From IMG/VR virus record IMGVR_UViG_3300045242_000061, positions 1-36,199 of that record: 36,199 bases of DNA, one strand, 5' to 3'. The notes beneath the pieces were generated by a model. It was not told the DNA's origin. It saw nothing but the letters and a program-made list of their open reading frames with translations, and searched no databases. The stretch comes from a virus. Positions within the stretch are counted from its first letter, which is position 1. Each line of letters opens with the position of its first letter. A program made the position numbers and the translations under genes. Positions 15,918 through 25,270 of this stretch are shown here, piece by piece.

Positions 15918-17328
15918 AAAGCGGCTCCAGAACGGCCTCTAGCCGCATAAAGGAAACGATTGCGGAATTGGCTCCCCTGAAGCGCAGGCCCATAAAACTT
16001 TCAAACCGCACTTTTGGCCGATAGGCAATGCGCCGATTGCGCTCGCCCTCCTTGCCAATCTTGATCAGCCTTGGATCGCTCCAGGTGACGCCATCTTTCG
16101 TCCAAGAAAAGAAAATGGATGGATCTGTGGTTACAGCTGCTCGTCCGGGCATGCCGATCAGCTCGACGTTGTGCATGATTGCGCCACGACTTTCGTTGTA
16201 TAGCAGCACCGTATCAAACTGCCAGCCAACGTCTTCTCCGTACTGCGTGAAAATGTCTTGATGCAATTCACCAAGCCTTGGCTGCTGCCGATCATCGATC
16301 AACCATTTTCCATAGGCATACACATAATGGGTACCCTGCAACGGCTTTGTACGGTCGATTGATGAATGCAGGGTGTACCAAACTGGGACGCCAAGGACTG
16401 CAGTTGCCGCAGCATCATAAATAAGCGTATGGCCAGGCAAATGAACGCACAGATTCTGATGACGCCGGTTTAGGCGATAGCTAATCGCTGAACGCGAAAG
16501 CTGATCCTCGGAATAGAGAGCAATCACGTCCTCAACTTCGCGGGTTGCGATCTTGGTAGCGCTTCCTCCCGCACCTAGATAGACGGAGCACGGCTCATTA
16601 CGCCCGCTGCCCATAAAGGCTACTACCTGGTCAAATATGCAGCATGTGTGAGTTCCAACAGATCCCTTCTCAATCATGGCGCCGATGTTTCTGGAAAATG
16701 GGAAATTAGTCCCGCCAACATCGTTGAAAACTTCAATGGTGAAGCGGTTGAAGGCCATCAATTCCTGGCGAAGCTTGATGAGTGCCACGACTGGGTCGGG
16801 ATCAGCTTCAGATGAGCCATATTTTAGCGGGTCGACCTGATAGGGATCACTCAACTGAGTTACCACAATCGAGGTTCCGTCGGTCGTTACGAAATAACCG
16901 TCCATCCATTCAACGTCAAGTACCTGCCCCAGGTCTGGGTCTGTGACCCTTGTTACTGTTCCGTCTTTGAAATAGAAAAGATTGCTTGCAGAGGCCACTG
17001 CCAGACGGTCAAACGAATAAGTGAGCGAGACGTCTCTGCCGTCATCGCCAACGTCACCAAGCACTGTTATTAGGCCATTTTGATCTACGGAAACTAAGGA
17101 TTCGCCAACCACCCAATACAGGACGCCATTCCAAACAATACTCCCGCGTCCTCTTCCGCTAACGCTTGAATTTGCTTGGTTAAATTGAGTGATCCCCTCA
17201 GCGGTCCGAAGATAGCCGGCTGATACGCCTGTTTCCGTAGGAACCGGAATTAAATTGGCTGGGAATGATGATCTAAGGTCTACGCCAGCATCGGCGGTTA
17301 CCCCTGACAAAATGCTAATCTGGGTCAT
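15910..17328 (-). CDS. Tail hub protein, P22 gp10-like
   Basis: 472 aa, the P22 gp10 size class. N-terminal pattern ...NLIPVPTETGVSAGYLRTAEGIT resembles P22 gp10 ...NMLATPKEILNSSGYLRSFPGIT. Confidence 0.7.
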   Translation of the reverse strand: MTQISILSGVTADAGVDLRSSFPANLIPVPTETGVSAGYLRTAEGITQFNQANSSVSGRGRGSIVWNGVLYWVVGESLVSVDQNGLITVLGDVGDDGRDVSLTYSFDRLAVASASNLFYFKDGTVTRVTDPDLGQVLDVEWMDGYFVTTDGTSIVVTQLSDPYQVDPLKYGSSEADPDPVVALIKLRQELMAFNRFTIEVFNDVGGTNFPFSRNIGAMIEKGSVGTHTCCIFDQVVAFMGSGRNEPCSVYLGAGGSATKIATREVEDVIALYSEDQLSRSAISYRLNRRHQNLCVHLPGHTLIYDAAATAVLGVPVWYTLHSSIDRTKPLQGTHYVYAYGKWLIDDRQQPRLGELHQDIFTQYGEDVGWQFDTVLLYNESRGAIMHNVELIGMPGRAAVTTDPSIFFSWTKDGVTWSDPRLIKIGKEGERNRRIAYRPKVRFESFMGLRFRGANSAIVSFMRLEAVLEPLYV

Positions 17329-17416
17329 ATTGGATCGCCTGAGTGATTTTTGATCTGCCGGGTGTCATTGTATGAAAAAATAACTTGCATGTTCTGTATT
17401 TCACTACTCCGGAGTT

Positions 17417-18499
17417 ATGCCGATGTCGACGATCAACCAGCAAAGTGCGGTCATGAATGTGCAGGGGTCGGATCAAGTCCCCTTGTTCGTTGCACAGTCA
17501 CAGACCACGCGAAGAGCAACGATGGCCCAGGTTCAGGCCTTTATGCAGAGCGCGCTTACCTTCCCAAAAGCTGGTTTCTTCACGCAATATGCCGCGCCGG
17601 CTGCCACAGCGTTCACCGTCACGTTGATCTCTGGATCACTTGATATTCATCTGATCCTGACCCCTACCGGACCATTTGCCGGCGGGACAATAGTGCTGCC
17701 TCCATCTGTCAGCTGCGTTGACGGCCAGCGAGTGCTGATCAATACCACTCAAGCCATTACCACCTTGACCATTAATGGGAACGGCGCTACGTCGATCGTG
17801 GGGGCGCCTATCGGGATGGAAGCCAACAGCGCCTTCTCTCTGGCTTTTGATGCACCAACCTCCAATTGGTACATGCTCAGCAACAGCGCACAGTCGCCAG
17901 TCACCCTGAATGGCACTCAAACACTGACCAACAAGATCATCAGCGGGGGCACAATAAGTTCTGCCGCTTTGCTATCCGTAACCATTGGGGGGACCTCTAC
18001 AGGAGACCTGACCGGCTTTACCGGCCTTCCTTTCAGGACAGGTATTGCCGGCGTGGTAATGCCGCAATCCGCTGATTTCCTGCAAACTCCAAACTCTGCA
18101 AATCTTGCTGCATTAATGACGGATGAGACTGGAACCGGCCGATTGGTATTTGCCACGAGCCCAGCCCTGATAACTCCAAATGTTGGCGCAGCAACTGCCG
18201 ATTCCTTGTCGCGAGGATCGCCAGTTACAAAGACAACTTCTTTTACGCTGGCTGCCACTGAAAACTGGGTTATCTGCAATGGGGGAGCAACCATTACGGC
18301 AACGCTGCCATCTCCCACAGCAGCTGTGGGTCGTGAGGTAATGATGAAAAACATCGCCTCCTTCACTGTGGTATCGGCGGCCTCAAACATTGTGCCATTA
18401 GCTGGCGGGGCCGCTTCAACAGCGATCATGCCGGCCACACCTGGCGCGCGCGTTACCCTCGTAAGTGACGGCACAAACTGGATTATTATGGGTCAGTAA
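17417..18499 (+). CDS. Tail fibre protein (360 aa)
   Basis: G/T/A/S-rich beta-type composition. The N-terminus (GSDQVPLFVAQSQTTRRATMAQVQAFM) is typical of fibre anchor regions. The start may be ATG 17423, which has better spacing from GGAG 17411-17414. Confidence 0.6.
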   Translation: MPMSTINQQSAVMNVQGSDQVPLFVAQSQTTRRATMAQVQAFMQSALTFPKAGFFTQYAAPAATAFTVTLISGSLDIHLILTPTGPFAGGTIVLPPSVSCVDGQRVLINTTQAITTLTINGNGATSIVGAPIGMEANSAFSLAFDAPTSNWYMLSNSAQSPVTLNGTQTLTNKIISGGTISSAALLSVTIGGTSTGDLTGFTGLPFRTGIAGVVMPQSADFLQTPNSANLAALMTDETGTGRLVFATSPALITPNVGAATADSLSRGSPVTKTTSFTLAATENWVICNGGATITATLPSPTAAVGREVMMKNIASFTVVSAASNIVPLAGGAASTAIMPATPGARVTLVSDGTNWIIMGQ

Positions 18500-18526
18500 T
18501 GACCTTCACCTTTAGAGAGCAAAGAC

Positions 18527-18829
18527 ATGACTATTCGCGCACCAATCAACCCGATCTACGGCGCAGGCCAGACCATCGCGGCAACCAACACGGCAACCAC
18601 TGTTACGCTAACTGCGTGTTCGAAAGCGATCATGTTGACGAACGCCGGTCCCGGTCTGGCGTACGTTCGAATCTCGCCTAATCTGCTGGCAGCTACGGCG
18701 GCTGATGCGGTAATTCCACCAACCAACATCCCGGTGGTTTACACGAAGTTTGCAGACACCTTGCAAATCTCGATTATCTCGGCCAGCACTTCGAGCGTGC
18801 ATGTAATGCCATGCGAATCGGGGGTGTAA
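18527..18829 (+). CDS. Hypothetical small beta-rich protein (100 aa)
   Basis: ORF-track ORF in the tail operon. Contains an ...IMLTN... motif shared with the next ORF. Confidence 0.55.
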   Translation: MTIRAPINPIYGAGQTIAATNTATTVTLTACSKAIMLTNAGPGLAYVRISPNLLAATAADAVIPPTNIPVVYTKFADTLQISIISASTSSVHVMPCESGV

Positions 18830-18830
18830 T

Positions 18831-19175
18831 ATGGCAATTGCATATAACAAGCTTTTCCAGCCAACCGTCCTGACGGCCTCTCTGGTCACGATCTACACGG
18901 TTCCCCTTACCCCCACTTCAAATCTGCTTCGAGGGGCCAGAATTCGACTGACAAACACGTCTGCCGCGGCAATGACTGCGCGGTTACACGCCGTTCCGGT
19001 TGCCGGCTCTGCAGCCAATGGGAACGCCTTCTTTTTCGACCAAACAGTGCCGGCAAATGCTTACGTCGACGTTGATGTGCCGGTAATGGGAGCGGGAGAT
19101 TTCATCCAGTCTCTAGCATCCGCAACCCCAGGCATCAACATTCAAAGTATCTCGGGCGGGATTTTCTCGACATGA
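18831..19175 (+). CDS. Hypothetical small beta-rich protein (114 aa)
   Basis: ORF-track ORF 1 nt after the previous stop. Contains an ...IRLTN... motif. Possible paralog of 18527-18829. Confidence 0.55.
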   Translation: MAIAYNKLFQPTVLTASLVTIYTVPLTPTSNLLRGARIRLTNTSAAAMTARLHAVPVAGSAANGNAFFFDQTVPANAYVDVDVPVMGAGDFIQSLASATPGINIQSISGGIFST

Positions 19176-19768
19176 AAAACTTTCTACGTATTGCTGAAGG
19201 CGTGGATGTCACACCATTACTTTTGGCTATTCAGCGGCGCGGAGAATTGTGGGCCGAAGATACCTTTCTTCGGCATTACCCGCAGGGTCCGTTCGAAGAC
19301 GTGCTGACTATCTTTCTGCGGTTCCCTGCGCGGGTGGTGTTTGAAGATGCTGATCCAGCTGAGCAAGAGCGCAAGATAGAGCTGTACAAGAAAAACTTAC
19401 TACCTGGCTTCGATCAGCACGAATCTATTGATTACCCGGCGTACGGATTGCTTCCTGAGGCCAGGTCAATTGTTCAGGCCTTGATGGCTCGCGTGGGAGG
19501 TGTTCGTCTCGGCCGGGTGATGATCAATAAAGTTCGCCCGGGCGGCAGGATCTTTCCGCACGCCGATTCGCCAGAGCACGCGAACTATTGGAATAACCGC
19601 CTGCATGTAGTCTTGCAATCACTACCCGGCAATGACTTTCGCTGCGTCGATGAGCATGTTTGGATGCGCACCGGAGAAGCCTGGTGGTTTGATCATCGCC
19701 TTGAGCATGAAGTTGTCAATAACAGCGCAGATGACCGCATTCATTTGCTCGTGGATATTCGGAGCTGA
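19172..19768 (+). CDS. Aspartyl/asparaginyl beta-hydroxylase-family 2OG-Fe(II) oxygenase
   Basis: 198 aa. GGRIFPHADSPEH (HxD of the facial triad), a distal His in RLEHEVVNNS, and RIHLLVDI at the C-terminus. This is the typical Asp_Arg_Hydrox cupin pattern. Confidence 0.8.
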   Translation: MKNFLRIAEGVDVTPLLLAIQRRGELWAEDTFLRHYPQGPFEDVLTIFLRFPARVVFEDADPAEQERKIELYKKNLLPGFDQHESIDYPAYGLLPEARSIVQALMARVGGVRLGRVMINKVRPGGRIFPHADSPEHANYWNNRLHVVLQSLPGNDFRCVDEHVWMRTGEAWWFDHRLEHEVVNNSADDRIHLLVDIRS

Positions 19769-19771
19769 ACT

Positions 19772-20233
19772 ATGCTGACCGCACACATTGAGCCATTCAT
19801 GAGTCAGGTCGATGAGCTAAAACGGCTCCTGGGGCTGCACTGGGAAGAGCTGGCGCTTAACCGTGACAAGGTTCCACTTGCGCCGCAGTGGCCGCTCTAT
19901 GCGCAGCGTGAGGCGCATGGCCAGCTCATCTATGTGACGCTACGGGATGGGGGCGAGCTGATCGGCTACATCATCATGTTCGTAGCGCCAGGGTTGCATT
20001 ATGAAACTTGCCTGACCGCGAGCATGGACATTCTGTTTGTGCGCCCAGACCGTCGCGATGCTTCCGCCAAAGGCGTCTTCCTGATGATTGACACCTTGGA
20101 AGCCGAGTTGCGTCGGCGCGGCGTCCATCGGTGGTTTATGGCCACTAAGTTGCACAAGGATATCAGTCCGATCTTCAAGCGCCGGGGATTTGAGCCGGTG
20201 GAAATGATGCATTCAAAATGGTTGGGAGATTAA
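19772..20233 (+). CDS. GNAT-family N-acetyltransferase
   Basis: 153 aa with GNAT-like topology: LIGYIIMFV, then MDILFVRPDRRDASAKGVFLMIDTLEAELRRRGV (acetyl-CoA-binding motif A region), then RRGFEPVE. Confidence 0.65.
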   Translation: MLTAHIEPFMSQVDELKRLLGLHWEELALNRDKVPLAPQWPLYAQREAHGQLIYVTLRDGGELIGYIIMFVAPGLHYETCLTASMDILFVRPDRRDASAKGVFLMIDTLEAELRRRGVHRWFMATKLHKDISPIFKRRGFEPVEMMHSKWLGD

Positions 20234-20235
20234 TC

Positions 20236-20874
20236 ATGGTCGCAGCAGCAGTAGGGGCGGCCGCAGTCGCTACCAGTGTTTACAGTTCAAGCCAAGCCAG
20301 CAAGGCTGCAAATAGTGCGGCGAATGCGCAGCAGGACGCAAACCAGCAATCCATGGATGAGCAGCGGCGCCAATTTGATTCAATCCAGGCCATGCTTAAG
20401 CCATATGCCGAAGCGGGCAATCAAAGCATTGACGCACAGAAGGCTTTGATTGGTTTGAATGGCAATGCTGCGCAGCAGGCGGCCTTTGACCAACTTAAAG
20501 CGGGGCCTGCATATACGTCGGCGATGCAGTCAGGCACCGATGCCATTCTTCAGAATGCAGCAGCCACCGGAGGCTTGCGCGGCGGCAACACACAAAACAG
20601 CTTGAGTCGGTTTGGTGGCGATCTGCTGACCAACCTGGCTCAAAATCAGTTCTCCAATCTTGGAAGCCTGACTTCCATTGGCCAGAACGCTGCCGCTCAA
20701 ACTGGTAACGCAATGCAGAACACTTCAAACAATATCAGCGGTCTTCTCCAGGCTAACGGTGCGGCACAAGCGGGTAATGCGATTGCGCAGGGAAATGCCA
20801 ATACACAAATGGCTAATGGCCTGATGCAGGGGTTTGGCTCGTTCTTAGGCGCTGGCGGCACTAAATACTTTTGA
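20236..20874 (+). CDS. Ejection/internal virion protein, P22 gp7-like position (212 aa)
   Basis: GGGAGA lies 6 nt upstream of ATG 20236. N-terminal hydrophobic segment, then Q/A/N/G-rich low complexity. First of three consecutive genes matching the P22 7-20-16 order. Confidence 0.55.
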   Translation: MVAAAVGAAAVATSVYSSSQASKAANSAANAQQDANQQSMDEQRRQFDSIQAMLKPYAEAGNQSIDAQKALIGLNGNAAQQAAFDQLKAGPAYTSAMQSGTDAILQNAAATGGLRGGNTQNSLSRFGGDLLTNLAQNQFSNLGSLTSIGQNAAAQTGNAMQNTSNNISGLLQANGAAQAGNAIAQGNANTQMANGLMQGFGSFLGAGGTKYF

Positions 20875-20885
20875 GGTAATTCGAC

Positions 20886-22169
20886 ATGGGTCCGGTCAAT
20901 CCAATTAACTACACAGGCATGCAGACGCAGATGGACCCAGCAGCCTCACTGCTGGGTGGTCTGAAAGCAGGTGCTGGCGTCATTGGCGCCCAACAAGATC
21001 AACAAATGCATCAATACCAGCTCAATCAAATGCAGCGACAGCAACAGGACTTATCGGCATTAATGAGCAACCCCAATCCGACCGCCACCGATTACGCTAA
21101 CTATACCATGCGCAATCCAGCTCAAGCTAAAGCAGCCAGTCAAGCTTTCGGGCTACTGGATCAGCAGCAGCAGAAACAGAAGATTGGCGTGGCGTCGCAG
21201 GTGTTCAGTGCGCTGCAATCAGGGAGGCCCGAGTTGGCGGATCAGATCCTTGGGCAGCAGGAGCAGGCGCTTCAAAATGGCGGCAACCCAGCAGATCTAC
21301 AGTCGACCCAAGTTCTGCGTCAGCTGGTTCAAAAAGATCCGGCAACGGCCACGCATGCAGCTGGGGTTTTCCTGTCTTCTGCGATGGGGCCGGATAACTT
21401 TGCCCGTAGCTTTGCCAATATCTCTGCCGACCAGAACAATCAGGAGAATCAGCCGCTTCAACAGGCGAAGACGCAAGCTGAAATTGGCAATATCAATAGC
21501 CAGGTCGATACTCGCGCCCAGGATCTCGATATCAAGCGTGCTGATACGCAGATCAAGGCTTTGACTGCCCAACTTGGCAAGGAGAACAACGATCTTAAGC
21601 GGCAGGAATTGCAGGGAAAGATTCAGGATGCGACGGTTAAGCGAGACCAGCTCAATAAGGATCGATCATCCACCGGTGCTGGGCTGCTTGCGTCTGCTGA
21701 TAGCGCTTTGGATATGCTATCTCAAGTAGAAAGCGCTCCTGGACTGGCTGGGAATTTTGGGAAATCTTCTTACCTGCCAAATATTAGGGGTAGCGATTCT
21801 GCAAATGCTCAGGCAAAAATCGAACAGTTGGGCGGCCAAGTTTTTCTCGATGCTTATAACGCCTTGCGTGGTGGTGGACAGATCACAGAAGTTGAAGGAA
21901 AGCAGGCTAAAGCAGCCAGATTGAATATGGATAATGCACAATCGGCTGATCAATTCCAGAGAGGATTGAATGTTTATAAAAAAATAATTCAAGATGCTAG
22001 GCAGCGAGTTATTGATCAATATGGTATGAGCGCCGGATCACATGAAGGCGTTGTTATGCAGCATCCGACTTATGGCGCCATTACCCAAAACAGAATTAAT
22101 GCTGCCGCAGCCAAAGCAGGAATAACGCCACAACAACTTGTTGACCGCCTTAATCAAGGAGGCCAGTGA
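20886..22169 (+). CDS. Ejection/internal virion protein, P22 gp20-like position (427 aa)
   Basis: Q-rich helical protein between the gp7-like and SLT-domain genes. Assigned by synteny only. Confidence 0.55.
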   Translation: MGPVNPINYTGMQTQMDPAASLLGGLKAGAGVIGAQQDQQMHQYQLNQMQRQQQDLSALMSNPNPTATDYANYTMRNPAQAKAASQAFGLLDQQQQKQKIGVASQVFSALQSGRPELADQILGQQEQALQNGGNPADLQSTQVLRQLVQKDPATATHAAGVFLSSAMGPDNFARSFANISADQNNQENQPLQQAKTQAEIGNINSQVDTRAQDLDIKRADTQIKALTAQLGKENNDLKRQELQGKIQDATVKRDQLNKDRSSTGAGLLASADSALDMLSQVESAPGLAGNFGKSSYLPNIRGSDSANAQAKIEQLGGQVFLDAYNALRGGGQITEVEGKQAKAARLNMDNAQSADQFQRGLNVYKKIIQDARQRVIDQYGMSAGSHEGVVMQHPTYGAITQNRINAAAAKAGITPQQLVDRLNQGGQ

Positions 22170-25100
22170 TGGCGAATCTTCCAAAGTCGTTTGATGATCC
22201 TGCTTATGATGCAGCAGATGTGGCTAGCGCAGCGACCGCTGGAATTGATCCAATCCTTCTTCGTTCTGTGCGGACCAATGGCGAACGTTCAAATGCTGAT
22301 CAAGTTAGTTCGGCTGGAGCATCTACGCCTTATCAGTTTATCCCGGCAACAAAGAAGGCGATCCTCGATAAGTATGGAATCGATGTCAGCCTAAACCCGC
22401 AGAATGCTTCGCTGGGCGCGGCCTACCTGCTTAAGGAGGGCATGGACCGCAACAAGGGGGATGCTTCGGCTGCGGTCGCCGAGTATCACGGGGGGCTCGA
22501 CAAGTCGGCGCACGGGCCTATCAATAAGGCCTACGTCCAGCGCGTCATGGGTGGCGCGCAGGACGATTATCTGGATCAGCTGGCGCAGAGTGTCAAGTCA
22601 GAGCAGCAAAGCCCTTCATCGACCCCTCAGGGCGCTGCAGATCAGTCTGCGCCAGCTGCATCTTCATCAGCCGATTCTCTAGATGCCTTGGCGCAGAGCA
22701 TAAAGAATGAGCCTTCAATCGGCGCCAAAGCACTGGATGTTGTAACCGGCGATCTGCGCAAAACGCCTGAGACCGAAGCTGCGCCCGATTGGACGCAGAT
22801 TCCTGAATATGCCAACAACTACGGAGCCGCTGGTTGGAAGGCAGCACTCGGCACTACTTTTAGCAGCCCAGAAGAAACGGCGCAGGTAATGAAGGCTAAC
22901 TTCCCGGGCATCTCCGTGCGCCAAGATGCCAAGGGGAATTTCTTCCTGAAATCGGCGGAGAATGGCCAGGAATATGCCATCAAGCCAGGATTTCAACCTT
23001 CGGACATTCCGCGAGCAATCGGCACTGTCGCCGCTTTCACGCCAGCCGGCAAAGCCTCAACCATCTTGGGGGGTGCCGGAGCATCGGCCGCCACTCAGGG
23101 CGCTATTGAGGCAAGCCAGGCGGCTACCGGAGGCGAGTTCAATAAAGGTGATATCGCAGCGGCCGGGGTGATCGGCGGCTTAGTGCCCGCTGTCTCCCGC
23201 ATGGCTACCGCCATCGGCAGTAGGCTTAAAGGGCCGGCAGTAGAGGCTGTTGAGGGCGCGCCAAAAGCCGCACCAGAATCGGCTTCGACAATCCCTCAAG
23301 CCGTCTCTAATGCTCCGTCAGCAGCTGCACCGGCCCAATCCGCAGCGGCAGTTAGTGAGCCCGCTGCCGCAACCGCTAATGCTGCAGACCAAGGCGTTTG
23401 GACGCTGAAAATCGCCGGCAAGGAACATCCTGTTGATGTGTTGCCAATTGAGCATACAACTCCAGATGGCAAGGTCTATCAACGCGTGGTTTACCAGGGC
23501 AAGGAAACCTTCGTGCCAAAGGATGATCTGGTACCTCCGCCAGCCATCGCCACATCGGAAGCGGCGCCAGTAGCGGCAGCAGAGACGCCGCGCCCTTCAG
23601 CAGCCCCAGTCCCCGAGCCGATTGCCCCGCCGGTAGAGGTTGCTTCGGCCCCTACGGCCGCGCCATTGCCTTCGGCAGATCTATCGGCATCGGCCAGAGA
23701 AGCGGCTGTAGGAAGCGGAAAGTCACAGACGCGAGCGCAGCAGGTCTTGGCTGAGCAGGCCGCGCCAGATACAGAAACACTGGCTGCCGCCAAGCGCCTG
23801 GGCATTGAGGACAACCTGCAGCCAGACCACTTCACCACCAACCAAGCTTTCCGTGAGCTATCGCAGGCAGTTAAGTCTATGCCCGGTAGTGAAGCCAGAA
23901 CTCAGGAGCTGGAAGGCTTGCAGGCTGTTGGTAAGCGGGCTGATGATCTGGTAACGGAGCTCGGGGGCTCCCATGACCTGAGCACCGTCTCGCAGAACGT
24001 CAAAAATCAGATGGTATCCACGGTCGATGATTTGGAAAAACAGGCCAATACCCTATATGCCAAGATCCGCGAAAACATTCCGGCCGATACCCGGGTCAGC
24101 GCGCCTTCTGTGCTGGATTTTATCAATCAGCGCGCCAAGGATTTGGGCGGCGCGGAATACTTGACGCCCTTGGAAAAAATGGTCATGAAACGGCTTTCAC
24201 CAAAGACCATTACTACCACTGAGCGAGTTCCTGGCCAAGTAGGCATCACCAGCAGCACGACCAAACAGGTCGGCTCTACGAAACTACCGCTCTATGCCAA
24301 TATGGATGATGTGCGCGGAGTTGTTGGGCAAGCGGCAAGAATGAATGGCCCCTTCAAGGATGCCGACACAGGGTTGGCGAAGAAACTCTACGGGCTCATC
24401 ACCAGCGACCAAGAACAGGCCATCAAACCTTTTGGCATGACGGAGACCATCGATGCAGCTAAAGCCGCAATACGCACCCGAAAAGCCCTCGAAGATGATG
24501 TGGTTTCGCTTTACGGTAAAAACCTTGGTTCTTCTATCGTTGGCAATCTTAATAGCGGTATTCAAGGTTTGGGCAAAGGTGACACTGCTAAGTTCGTGAA
24601 GCTGATCAATGCGGTGCCGCCCAGCATGCGCCAGGAAGTTACCGCATCCGCCTTGAATTACGGCTTTAAGAATGGCTCACGCAATGGCTCATTGAACTTT
24701 GGCAGCTTCGCCAAGTGGTACGAAGGACTCGAGCAAAACAAGCAGGCCTACACCGCCCTGATGGCAAATCTCCCGAAAGAAGCGCCGCGCATGCTGAAGG
24801 ACCTATACAAGGTGTCGAATGGCATCGCGTTAGCCAGCCGTGAACGCATCGTCACCGGGCGTCTCAACGCGATCACTAAGGAGCTCGAGGGTGCAGATAC
24901 TGCAATGCAGAAGATATTTTCAGCTGCTGAGCATGCGGCGCGCAGTGTGGCATTCAAAGGGACTGCCTCTGCGATCGGGTTGAATGGGGCCGGCCTGGCT
25001 TCTGGGATCGCCTCGGCGCTAATGAAGAGCAAGCCTGATGTAATGCGCGCTGCAGATCGCCTGATAACGGACCCGGCCTTTATTGCGATGGCTAAGGCTT

Positions 25101-25261
25101 CCGCCGCCGGAGTTGAGCAAAAAGCATCCACTGTGAAACATTTGGCGAGGTCCGCTCAAATGCGTGAATTCTTCAAGCAGGCCGGCCAGCCACAAGAAAT
25201 GAAAAATCATGAGCGCTGGCTACAAAGCCTATTTCAATCTGCCAACGAATCACAAAATTAG
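22166..25261 (+). CDS. Internal virion/ejection protein with N-terminal lytic transglycosylase (SLT) domain (1031 aa)
   Basis: SLT motifs GERSNADQVSSAGASTPYQFIPATKK, LGAAYLLKEG and AEYHGG in the first ~130 aa, followed by long Ala/Pro-rich linkers. Occupies the position of P22 gene 16. Confidence 0.8.
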   Translation: MMANLPKSFDDPAYDAADVASAATAGIDPILLRSVRTNGERSNADQVSSAGASTPYQFIPATKKAILDKYGIDVSLNPQNASLGAAYLLKEGMDRNKGDASAAVAEYHGGLDKSAHGPINKAYVQRVMGGAQDDYLDQLAQSVKSEQQSPSSTPQGAADQSAPAASSSADSLDALAQSIKNEPSIGAKALDVVTGDLRKTPETEAAPDWTQIPEYANNYGAAGWKAALGTTFSSPEETAQVMKANFPGISVRQDAKGNFFLKSAENGQEYAIKPGFQPSDIPRAIGTVAAFTPAGKASTILGGAGASAATQGAIEASQAATGGEFNKGDIAAAGVIGGLVPAVSRMATAIGSRLKGPAVEAVEGAPKAAPESASTIPQAVSNAPSAAAPAQSAAAVSEPAAATANAADQGVWTLKIAGKEHPVDVLPIEHTTPDGKVYQRVVYQGKETFVPKDDLVPPPAIATSEAAPVAAAETPRPSAAPVPEPIAPPVEVASAPTAAPLPSADLSASAREAAVGSGKSQTRAQQVLAEQAAPDTETLAAAKRLGIEDNLQPDHFTTNQAFRELSQAVKSMPGSEARTQELEGLQAVGKRADDLVTELGGSHDLSTVSQNVKNQMVSTVDDLEKQANTLYAKIRENIPADTRVSAPSVLDFINQRAKDLGGAEYLTPLEKMVMKRLSPKTITTTERVPGQVGITSSTTKQVGSTKLPLYANMDDVRGVVGQAARMNGPFKDADTGLAKKLYGLITSDQEQAIKPFGMTETIDAAKAAIRTRKALEDDVVSLYGKNLGSSIVGNLNSGIQGLGKGDTAKFVKLINAVPPSMRQEVTASALNYGFKNGSRNGSLNFGSFAKWYEGLEQNKQAYTALMANLPKEAPRMLKDLYKVSNGIALASRERIVTGRLNAITKELEGADTAMQKIFSAAEHAARSVAFKGTASAIGLNGAGLASGIASALMKSKPDVMRAADRLITDPAFIAMAKASAAGVEQKASTVKHLARSAQMREFFKQAGQPQEMKNHERWLQSLFQSANESQN

Positions 25262-25270
25262 GGGCGACAG

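Noticed and set aside
17917-18474. Minus-strand 185-aa ORF inside the fibre gene, with similar antisense ORFs at 25406..26476 and 27068..27583 (tailspike into holin/endolysin)
   Set aside because: These are antisense frames of G/T/A-rich structural genes, with no start context.
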